From Candidatus Latescibacterota bacterium (GTDB lineage Bacteria; Latescibacterota; UBA2968), in the NCBI GenBank assembly GCA_965222605.1, contig OZ244960.1:1536001-1600000 (forward strand): 64,000 bases of DNA, given 5' to 3'. The notes under the pieces were generated by a model. The model was not told the DNA's origin. It made no database searches and was given only the letters and a program-made list of their open reading frames with translations. How positions within the stretch are numbered: position 1 is the first letter of the stretch; the number at the start of each line of letters is the position of its first letter. The position numbers and the translations under genes are program-made. This document shows, piece by piece, positions 41,498 through 50,725 of this stretch.

Positions 41498-41734
41498 TAA
41501 CCGCGAGTTTTTAAGTAGATTGATAAATCAATCGGATGGTATAGTGATTGCGATGCGTTCAACTCGAATCTCGTAGGACTAAAGGCATAATTTTGGTATA
41601 ATTATGCATATAAGCATTTGTTTTCTCATAGATTTTTTAATTTTTTATACACGTTAATAGCGTTTAAGATTTTGGAGAGGGTTATCCATTCTTTTACAAA
41701 CGTATGTATCCCCATACCTGAAAAAATAACGTGT

Positions 41735-44700
41735 ATGTTTAAAAACGGCACCATTCTCGACAAAAGATATCAAATCCAGGCGCACCTGGGAACCGGGGGC
41801 ATGGGCGAAGTTTATCGGGTTTTAGACCTGGATCAAGGCCAGGCGTGCGCGCTCAAAATTTTGAATACAATGGTGGATCAGAAGGCTGTGCATCGCCGTT
41901 TTCACAGAGAGTTTCAAGTGTTGAACCGATTCCAGCACCCGCGCCTGGTCCGCACATACACCTGGGGCTTTGCCGAAGATCGTCCCTATTTTACAATGGA
42001 ATATTTGCCCGGAAAGACATTGGAAAAAATAATTGCCGATCAAGCACGGTTAGGGCAATTCCGAGCGTCTCACTTTTTTGCTCTGGTACAACAACTTGCC
42101 GAGGGATTGGCTTATATCCACACGCAGGGGGCGGTGCATCGCGATCTCAAACCATCCAATATTATGGTTTTGGAAACAGAAGAGGGGATTGAGACCACGA
42201 TCCTGGATATGGGACTGGCGAAACTCAGGCATCTACATAGCGTTTCCATTACGCAAACGGGCGCGGCGATTGGTACCGCCGAGTATATGTCGCCAGAGCA
42301 AGGTAAGGGTCTCTGGGTGGATCATCGGTCAGATTTGTACTCATTGGGCATAATTTTATATGAGATGCTCACGGGCGCGCCGCCATTTTCTGGACAAAAC
42401 CCAATATCTGTTATTATGAAGCATATTCGAGAGTCACCCCCACCAATGGGTCAAGTCAATATCGCTGTTCCCGAACAGACGCAACAAATTGTGCTGAAGT
42501 TGCTGGCAAAAGAGCCTGTTGATCGTTATCAGTCGGCAGAGGAGGTGTTACATGCCTTACCATCGGAGGTTGTGTTGCCGGGTGATGAGCTGCGCGATGT
42601 GCGCAGGAAAGTTATGCGGCCACAATTTATCGGGCGCGAATCCGAAATGAAGACGTTGCGCGCAATGTTGCAGGATGTACAGGCTGGCAAACAGCGCGTA
42701 GTGCTGATCTCTGGTGAGGCAGGGGTGGGCAAATCGAGATTGGTCGAAGAACTATTGGGCGACGCTCTGATCCATGACTTTCTGTGTTTGAAAAGCGCAG
42801 CTCAGGAAGAGGGCAGACAAATATACGGTGCGTTGATTGATGCTTTTCAGCGAGTAAAAACGACGGATTTGGTGGGAAGGGAAACAGACAAGTTTTCTGT
42901 TATGGAGCGTTGGTTGCAGTTATTAAAAAGTCTGCGACAGAAACAGCCCATTGTGTTGTGTTTGGAAGATATTCAATGGCTTGATGAATTGACCCTGGAA
43001 TTTTTACAGTACGCGATCCAGAACCGTGCCCGTTTTTGTTATGCCTGACTTGCCGATGGTCTAACCTGGAACCCCTTTCAGAGGAAATTGAAAAATTTAT
43101 ATACAGTAATGAATTTGCCGAGACGACCCAGATGCAGTTGGGAAATCTGTCACAAGAAGCGTCGGGATATTTAGCGGCGTCGATGTTTGGGGAGCGAGCC
43201 ATACCGTTAGATGCATTGCAAACCCTGTTCAGAGAAACAGGTGGGCTACCCCTGTTTGTCGTGGAGGCTGTGAGGACACTGGTAAATGCCGATGTGGTTC
43301 GGCAGAATGCGTTCGGCGATTGGCAGTGGGGAGAATTTCCCGAAACTTTGTTGTCCGATGATTTTGCAGAGGTTTTGTACAGGCGCATAGTTGCCCTGCC
43401 TGCTGTGCAACAGCGGGTGCTGGAATACGCCTGTGTTTTTCTGAGTGATTTTCCTTTTGAATTATTGGCTGCTATCTGGCGCGGCGATGAGTTGGAACTG
43501 TTGGATGTACTGGATGAATTGATTGCAGAAGGGCTTTTGACAGCTTGTGGAGAGGATGAAGATCGATATCGATTTTCACAGGCGTTGTGTCGGCGTGCAA
43601 TTTACGATCACATGCAAAATGTGCGGCGACGTCTGCTGCATCGAGAAATTGGCAGTGCTTTGGAAAAGATGGAGGATGCAGAAGAACTGACGGAAGAATT
43701 GGCGGATCATTTTGCGGCGGCAAAAGAACAAGATAAAGCTGTGAAATATACACGCCTATCAGGCAAAAAAGCATTGGAGGTACAAGCCTATCGCCAGGCA
43801 TTGAGACGGTTTGAGGCTGTGCGAGACTGGGCAGCGGATGACGCTTTTGAATCACCTGCAGATGTAATTGACTTTTTGTGCGATTATGCAGATGCGTTGC
43901 GCAATTGCGGTCAGCACAATAGCGCACTGGAACTTTTAGATGAGGCACAGGCGTTATTGCCCGATGATCGGAACGATTTGAAGGCACGTATTTTGAGGAA
44001 TATAGGTGGTATTCATACCGTACTTCAACAGGGAAAAATTACAAAAAAATATATGTTGGAGGCATTGCGACTTTATCGAGAACTGGGTGATTTTGAGGGT
44101 GAAATTCAAACGTTGGGGAGTTTGGCTTATTTGTACGACATGTCTGGACGACACGAAGAAGCTATTGCATATATGCGTCGGGAAATAGAGAAACGTCGTG
44201 CGCTACGAGAACCACAAAACAGAGCTTTTATACAGGGGCGAGAAGGTCAAGCAGCATTGGTCGGATTTCGATTTGAGACAGCTAAGGGGTATTTGGAAAC
44301 TGCTGTAAAGGCCTTTAAGCAACCTGGTCTGGAGCACCATCGCATTTGGGCACTTAATTTTCTTCCAAGAGTTTATTTCTATCTAAATAATTTTAATCGT
44401 GCAGAAGCCATTTGCCACGAAGTCATTGGTGAGTGGCAGAAGCGAGGGGTTGTGTACTGGGAAGCAGTGAATCTTCTCTGGCTTGGGGAATTGGCTCTGG
44501 AACGCGGTGATTTTGCCGAGGCATTGGAATATGCCGAGACCTCAGCAGAGCGTTTTTTGGAAACACCGAGAAGAGATTATGTCTATCGCGCTTATGCAAT
44601 AGCGGCAACAGTTGCTGCGAGAATGGGAGATGCAGAAGTAGCACTTGAATGGGCAGAAAAAGCCAGTGAAGGTACGCAACAAACATCGGGTATGTACACG

Positions 44701-46533
44701 GGTATATTGCCCCTGGTGTATTGTGGTATTGGTGTTGCTTTTGCTCAAGCAGAGCGGATTTCTGAGGCTGAAGAGGCTTTTGAGCAGGCTATTGAATGCC
44801 GAAGAGAATCCAAAGGCGATCACTGGGCACGTGCGTTGCTGATGGCAGGGGAGTTTTATCTCGAGCGCGATGATATGACAAAAGCTCAAGAGTATCTCGA
44901 AGCGGCACAACAGGCTTTTGGAGAAATGGAAATGTCCTATTTTTTGGAGAAAACAGAGGTGCTATTAAATCAATTATCTCGCGACAAAGATGGTCACGGC
45001 AAGGATGCCGCTCCAACCCCCAGTTCTGAGATTTCAGTCGATACGTTGTCTGTTGATCGCTTGCGCTTGCTTTACGATGTGAGCAGGGAATTAACCACAG
45101 AGCGCGATGTCAAAGTGTTATTGGATCGAACTTTGGGTAATTTACTGGCTGTTTATCCCGCAGAGCGAGTACTTATTGCGGTGAAAAATGAGGCTCCAAA
45201 AGGCTTTGTGGTTGATGCGGTACGTTACCACAATGTAGAAGCTGATGATGCAGAAGCACTGAGTCGGAGTATTATTCGCCGCGTTATTGAAACAAATGAA
45301 CCGGTTTTGAGCGTTGATGCCCAGGCAGATGGAAGACTCAATCGGTATCAAAGCGTGATGGACTACAACATTCGGTCTGTATTGTGCGTACCCCTATTTC
45401 ATGTTAAGGAAGGTGTGATGGGTGCCCTATATGTGGATCATCGCGGTATCGGCAACGCATTTTCTGAAGCAGATCAGACGTTTTTACAAGCATTTGCGAA
45501 TCTGGTGGGGGTAGCACTGGTCAATGCGAGGATGTACGAACAATTAGAAGATAAAACGCGATATTTGCAGCAACAGATCGAAAGGCGGTACCAGCTTGAC
45601 GATCTGGTTGGGCAAAGTGATGCGATGCAGGCCATCTACTATCTTATCGAACGCGCTTCACAAAGTGATATACCCGTACTTGTGCAGGGCGAAACAGGTA
45701 CAGGCAAAGAATTGGCTGCGCGTGCCATACACTACAATAGCAGACGCAAAGACCAGCCATTTTTGTCGCAAAATTGCGCTGCACTTTCACCAGAGTTGTT
45801 GCAGAGTGAGTTGTTTGGGCACAAAAAAGGGGCGTTTACTGGCGCGACAGCAAATCACACTGGGATTTTTGAAGCGGCCAATGGCGGTACGGTTTTTTTA
45901 GATGAAATCGCTGATGCTTCACCACAGTTGCAAAGGAGTTTGTTGCGGGTGTTGCAAGAGGGTGAGGTGCGGCGCGTGGGAGAAACAGTGGATCGCGCAG
46001 TGGATGTGCGCATTATTGCAGCGACCAATCGAGACTTAAAAAAAGAAGTAGAAAACAGCTCCTTCCGCGAAGATCTGTATTACCGGTTGCATGTGATTCA
46101 GATCAATATGCCGCCTTTGCGAAAACGCATTGAAGATGTGCCATTATTGGCTGAACATTTGCTCATTCGGGCAAAAGAAGATGCAAACAAGTCGGTTGGG
46201 GGGCTGACAGTAGGTGCGATAAAGACCCTTGCAAGTTACAACTGGCCTGGTAATGTACGCGAGTTAGAAAATGAGATTCGGCGTGCGGTTGCATTGGTAG
46301 AAGAAGAGGGTGAAATTACGCCCGATTTGTTTTCAGAAACTGTCGGGTACACAGTGTCAGATGTCCCTGTCGAATCCCAGGAACGTTTACAAGACCGTGT
46401 CCAGGAGTATGAAAAACGAGTGATTCGAGACGCACTCGAGAAATGCGAGGGCAATATTACCCATACGGCTAAAGAACTGGGGATAACGCGTGCTGGTTTA
46501 CAGAAAAAGATCAATCGTTTGGGATTGAGATAG
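41735..46533 (+). pseudogene. Ser/Thr kinase-STAND ATPase-TPR-GAF-sigma54 AAA+-Fis HTH regulator, split by a frameshift near 43012
   Basis: GTGGMGEVY, HRDLKPSN, YMSPEQ; GEAGVGKS, LCLEDIQW; after the frame change ETGGLPLFV, TPRs, GAF (SVLCVPL), GETGTGKE, GAFTGA, WPGNVRELEN, HTH. Confidence 0.8.
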
Positions 46534-46544
46534 TCGGTGAACAG

Positions 46545-46664
46545 GTGCATCCAACTGTATGCAGTGCATCCTGTCGGATGCACTTTACCTATTCTTATAT
46601 AATTCAAATATTTATGTTGGTTTTCTTTAAATAAGCACTTATAGGTGCATCCTGTCGGATGCAC
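46545..46664. promoter_or_regulatory. palindromic upstream activating sequences (bEBP binding sites)
   Basis: GTGCATCC-tgtc-GGATGCAC identical at 46564-46583 and 46645-46664; degenerate GTGCATCC-aact-GTATGCAG at 46545-46564. Confidence 0.75.
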
Positions 46665-46773
46665 TTGCGCCAGAATCTCGCAGGTGTAGCACAAATAATC
46701 CTTAAATTTTATCTCTTTTATTTTCAATCACTTGAGAATCTTCAAGTGCTTTTTTTGTTCTGAGGACGGTTTC

Positions 46774-46789
46774 AGGCACGCCTTTTGCG
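46774..46789 (+). promoter_or_regulatory. sigma54 -24/-12 promoter
   Basis: aGGCACG-cctt-TTGCg with GG(46775-6)-N10-GC(46787-8), about 60 bp before the peptide ORF. Confidence 0.8.
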
Positions 46790-46846
46790 GTATGAAAAGG
46801 GCGAGACAGTGACAATATGGGATTTTCGCATCGTAAGGAGAGTAAT

Positions 46847-47026
46847 ATGGCAACGCGACGCAAGTTGGATCTGATCAATGGAACGATAGATACAGAAGGT
46901 GGTATTCTTATGTATCGGGCTACGAACAGTTTTGAGGTTGGCTGTATGCCTGGTGATATAGCCGTTCCCCCCCTGCCCTTTCCCAATGACGATGACGATT
47001 GGGACAATTTTGAGCAAGCTAAGTGA
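46847..47026 (+). CDS. putative RiPP precursor peptide (59 aa, single Cys)
   Basis: RBS AAGGAG at 46835; MATRRKLDLINGTIDTEGGILMYRATNSFEVGCMPGDIAVPPLPFPNDDDDWDNFEQAK; 24 bp upstream of the rSAM gene. Confidence 0.75.
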   Translation: MATRRKLDLINGTIDTEGGILMYRATNSFEVGCMPGDIAVPPLPFPNDDDDWDNFEQAK

Positions 47027-47050
47027 TTTCGATTCTCAGGAGTGCTTGAC

Positions 47051-48487
47051 ATGCTATGCATTCAGAAATGTGACATGCATCTTTTTCAAACAGAAGAGCA
47101 AAAACAGCCTGTTGTCTATCAGGTTGAGACGGGTCTGTTTTTTACACTGGATCCCCTTTTGCAGGCAATTTTAGCGTGTTGTGAGGGGATATCTGCTTCA
47201 CAGGTTGTTCAGATGTTGGCTGATCAATACGAGGCAGAAGAAATCGTGGAGGCTATCCAAGAATTGGCTCAGGTGGGTTTGATTTCGGATGGTGCTCTAC
47301 CTGTGGTATCCGATGTACCGACGACAGAAGGGGTGGCAGCCTGTGGGGTATCGCAGACAGATCGTTTGCAGGTGTCGTTGCACGTTTCGCATACGTGCAA
47401 TATCCAATGCGCTTATTGCTTTGCCCACGGCGGGGATTATGGCGGTAAGGCCATGCTGATGCAATCAGACGTTGCCGAGCAAGCCATACGATGGATTGTC
47501 ACCGAGGCTCAGACATTGGGGCGGTGCCAGATTGATTTTTTTGGCGGGGAGCCGCTTTTGAATTTTCCACTGATGCGCAAGCTTGTCCCATTTGCCAAAT
47601 CCCAGGCAGCGCGATTGGGTGTGCAGGTTGGTTTTGGCATTGTGACCAATGGCACGTTGTTGACTGACGAGATGAAGCAGTTTTTAGTTGATGAAAAGTT
47701 TCAGATTAAGGTCAGCCTGGATGGTGGGCGTGCAACACAGAACCGCATTCGCAAGTTTCACAATGATTCAGGTACTTATGATGTTGTGGCAACGAATGTA
47801 AAAAAGCTGACTGCTGAGGTACCTGAGCGCGTGTATTTGCAGGCTGTTATGACAGCGTATGATATGGATGAGGATCAGATTGCCGATGCGTTGCGTTCTC
47901 TGGGTACTGAAAACGCGCTGGTTGGCCCGGCGGTTGTCTCCCCCGATAAACCTTATGCTATTCGAGAAGAACACATACCCGCATTGAAGCAACAAATTCA
48001 CAAGCGGAGCCGGCGTGCGCTCAAAGCCATTTTAAGTGGTGAAAAGGGTGAAGATGAAGAGTTTGATCCGAGGATTCAAAAACTTTTGACACGCAAAAAA
48101 TCTTGTCACGGGTGTCTCGGTGGCAAGCAGTATTTGGCTGTTGCAGCAGATGGGTCAATTTATTTTTGCTCGAGTTTGGCCGATGCGCCCGAGTTTAAGA
48201 TGGGTGATGTGTTTGCGGGTATTGACCGCGAAAAACAGCATTATTTTGACGCGCAGTTCAATGTGAATAATCGTCCTGAGTGCAAAACGTGCTGGGCGCG
48301 CAACTTATGTGGTGGCGGATGTCTTTGGGAGGCGCGGACGACGACGGATGATCCGATGTCTCCCAACCCGGTTTATTGTGAGCAGACGCGCTATCGTTAT
48401 GAACTGGCAATGGAAATGTGTATGGAAATTGCAGAAGCAGATGCGTCTTTGTTGCAGCGACGTTATGATCTGGAAGTGGTATCATAA
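47051..48487 (+). CDS. radical SAM/SPASM peptide maturase with N-terminal RRE-like domain (CteB/QhpD-like)
   Basis: CNIQCAYC, FFGGEPLL, VTNGTLL, VSLDG; SPASM GCLGGKQYLAVAADGSIYFC...CKTCWARNLCGGGC...YC; about 80-aa N-terminal extension. Confidence 0.9.
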   Translation: MLCIQKCDMHLFQTEEQKQPVVYQVETGLFFTLDPLLQAILACCEGISASQVVQMLADQYEAEEIVEAIQELAQVGLISDGALPVVSDVPTTEGVAACGVSQTDRLQVSLHVSHTCNIQCAYCFAHGGDYGGKAMLMQSDVAEQAIRWIVTEAQTLGRCQIDFFGGEPLLNFPLMRKLVPFAKSQAARLGVQVGFGIVTNGTLLTDEMKQFLVDEKFQIKVSLDGGRATQNRIRKFHNDSGTYDVVATNVKKLTAEVPERVYLQAVMTAYDMDEDQIADALRSLGTENALVGPAVVSPDKPYAIREEHIPALKQQIHKRSRRALKAILSGEKGEDEEFDPRIQKLLTRKKSCHGCLGGKQYLAVAADGSIYFCSSLADAPEFKMGDVFAGIDREKQHYFDAQFNVNNRPECKTCWARNLCGGGCLWEARTTTDDPMSPNPVYCEQTRYRYELAMEMCMEIAEADASLLQRRYDLEVVS

Positions 48488-48548
48488 GCAGAGAAGTGAG
48501 GAATGCATAAAATTTTAGACTTCAATTGCATGGAAAGGAGCAATTGCA

Positions 48549-49466
48549 ATGAAAGCGATCTTGTATGTGGCTATGGTGCTGTTTCTTACAGCCAGTTCTG
48601 GCATGGCAGAGCGAAAGACGCTCGACAAAATACATCGTCAAATACCCGTTGGCGCGTCAGAAGTGCTTGTGCCGAACCCAAAACGACAAGATGGTTACGA
48701 TCAGATTATAAAAAATCATGAGTTAAAATACGATAAGAAGACAGGGCTTTATACCTATCGATATTGGCAGACAGATAGCACGTATGTCGATTTGCTTTAT
48801 GAACCCTCCAACCGGCTTGATGTGACGGTTGCATGCTCTGTGGTCTATGATGGAGAAACGGACGAATACACCTATACTTATCACATCCTAAATAGCAAGG
48901 AGAGCTTACAACCTTTGTGGATATTTGCTTTAGATATAGACCGCAGCCTGGTACTTCGTACTGAAACACCTGAACCATGGTATTATTCTTCTACTCATGA
49001 GCCTCCGCCCGGCTCACCTCGATGGGCATTTTGGGGATCGTTAGGCAGGTATGTGCCCCCAGGCGAATCTATTTCCTTGAAGCTTGTGAGCAAACACGGT
49101 CCGATCATCGCTACCTGTTACTCCAAAGGTCGTGCTCGAACTTTTGATCATCCTGTTGTTGTCGATGCTTTGACTTCTCATCCACCAAATAAAGAGGGTG
49201 TTACAGGTCAGACGCTCGCGCCTGGTATTCTGAATGCTGAAAATGCACAAGCACAGATTGAGGCATTTCTCCAGACTGCTCAGACCTGGGGGTGGGTCAG
49301 CACAGAGAAGAAAGGTGCGGCACTTGTTCACCTTTCCAAGGGATTGGATAGAAATACCTTCAACGCCTTAAAAAACGAACTGAATCCCAATCCTGGTGAG
49401 GTTGAAAGTGAGATGGCTGCGTTCTTAGAGCACTTTGCCAATAAGCAGGGATTTGTGGATGATTAG
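48549..49466 (+). CDS. secreted hypothetical protein
   Basis: RBS aaaggag; signal peptide MKAILYVAMVLFLTASSGMA; Tyr/Thr-rich beta strands. Confidence 0.8.
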   Translation: MKAILYVAMVLFLTASSGMAERKTLDKIHRQIPVGASEVLVPNPKRQDGYDQIIKNHELKYDKKTGLYTYRYWQTDSTYVDLLYEPSNRLDVTVACSVVYDGETDEYTYTYHILNSKESLQPLWIFALDIDRSLVLRTETPEPWYYSSTHEPPPGSPRWAFWGSLGRYVPPGESISLKLVSKHGPIIATCYSKGRARTFDHPVVVDALTSHPPNKEGVTGQTLAPGILNAENAQAQIEAFLQTAQTWGWVSTEKKGAALVHLSKGLDRNTFNALKNELNPNPGEVESEMAAFLEHFANKQGFVDD

Positions 49467-49487
49467 CATCTTCTGCATTGGGGCAGC

Positions 49488-50635
49488 ATGCCCCCTCTCG
49501 CAGCAAAATCAAGCCAGCACAGAAAGGCACTGAAGAACGCTATTATCGAATATTTGCTTAAAAACGGCATCCAAATGGAGAGCACCCCGTTAGATGCCGT
49601 TTATTTTACTTTTCTGGTGTGGGATTCTCGACAGATTGTTGGTGATGGGAGGAATATATCACTCAAAAATCCGGCCTCGATAAATGGCCGCTCATTGGAC
49701 AGCACCCCTCACTCTTAGACGTACAAAAGCGCGCGTACCGCGTGGCGAATAGCGAATTGCCCGTCAACATCAGTGGAGAGACTGGCACAGGCAAGGAATT
49801 GCTCGCCCGTTATATTCACGGAATTAGCCACCGCAACAAGGGACCTTTTGTAACCGTTGACTGCGGCCTACTCTCTTCTGAAATGGCGCGCAGCGAGTTA
49901 TTTGGACATGTTCGAGGTGCTTTTACCGGCGCCAGTCAAACGCGCACCGGACTGGTTGAATCTGCCCAAGGCGGTACGCTATTCCTCGATGAAGTGGGCG
50001 AATTGCCTGCCAACCTCCAGTTGCAATTGCTTCGCCTGGCACAGGAACAGGAATTTCGCCGCGTAGGCGACGCACCCATGCGCCGATCCAACGTGCGCCT
50101 GATCACTGCGACACACTGCAATTTGAAAAAAATGATGCGAACAGGAACTTTCCGAGAAGATCTCTATTACCGCTTAAATGTCGTACCCCTGCATTTGCCA
50201 CCCCTGCGGAAGCGACTGAGCGATTTGCCACTTTTGGTCACGCATTTTTGCAAAAGTATGAAAGGATACACGCGCGCGTTTTCCCCCGAAGTAATTCAAA
50301 GGATGTCGCATTATGCCTGGCCTGGCAATGTTCGAGAATTACAACACGAAGTCGCCCGATTGATGGTCATGAGCGAAGGTAAAATTATCCGTGTATCCGA
50401 TCTGAGCCCTCGCATTCGAGGGTCCAAAGCAGAGGTTGATGTATTTGACCTCCCGTTTAAGGAAGCCAGACAACTGGCGAATAGCCGGTTTATGCGGGAG
50501 TATCTCCACAGAGCTTTACAGCGAACACAGGGCAATGTATCACAAGCAGCGCGAGAATGCGGGATTGGCCGACAATATTTCCAGTTGCGTATGTCCGAAC
50601 ACGGTCTAAGGTCGGCATTTTACAAGGAAAAATAA
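49488..50635 (+). pseudogene. sigma54-dependent activator (AAA+ plus Fis HTH), apparently frameshifted near 49646
   Basis: GETGTGKE, SELFGHVRGAFTGA, WPGNVREL; the frame extends upstream as WEEYITQKSGLDKWPLIGQHPSLLDV to a TGA at 49643 and overlaps ORF 49488 in another frame. Confidence 0.7.
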
Positions 50636-50725
50636 TGCCTCTTCCGGCTATGTATTAAACGATAAAAAACGTCAATGAAAAAACCCATTGACGTTTTTCT
50701 TTGCAGGACTTTTCTTGAGCTTATC

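Noticed and set aside
41518-41610. FNR box or sigma54 promoter upstream of the giant regulator
   Set aside because: TTGAT-aa-ATCAA has a 2-bp rather than 4-bp spacer, and the GG...GC candidates lack the N10 spacing
42995-43020. Programmed -1 ribosomal frameshift
   Set aside because: A-TTT-TTA is an imperfect slippery site and I see no clear downstream stimulatory structure, so a small deletion is simpler
46545-46664. Palindromic repeats as a mini-CRISPR array
   Set aside because: Only two exact 20-bp copies with a 61-bp gap, no cas genes, and the position fits sigma54 enhancer sites
47051-48487. rSAM as an anaerobic sulfatase maturase for the sulfatases at 17-21 kb
   Set aside because: It has an RRE-like N-terminal extension and an adjacent peptide ORF, lies 26 kb from the sulfatases, and its motifs look closer to CteB/QhpD
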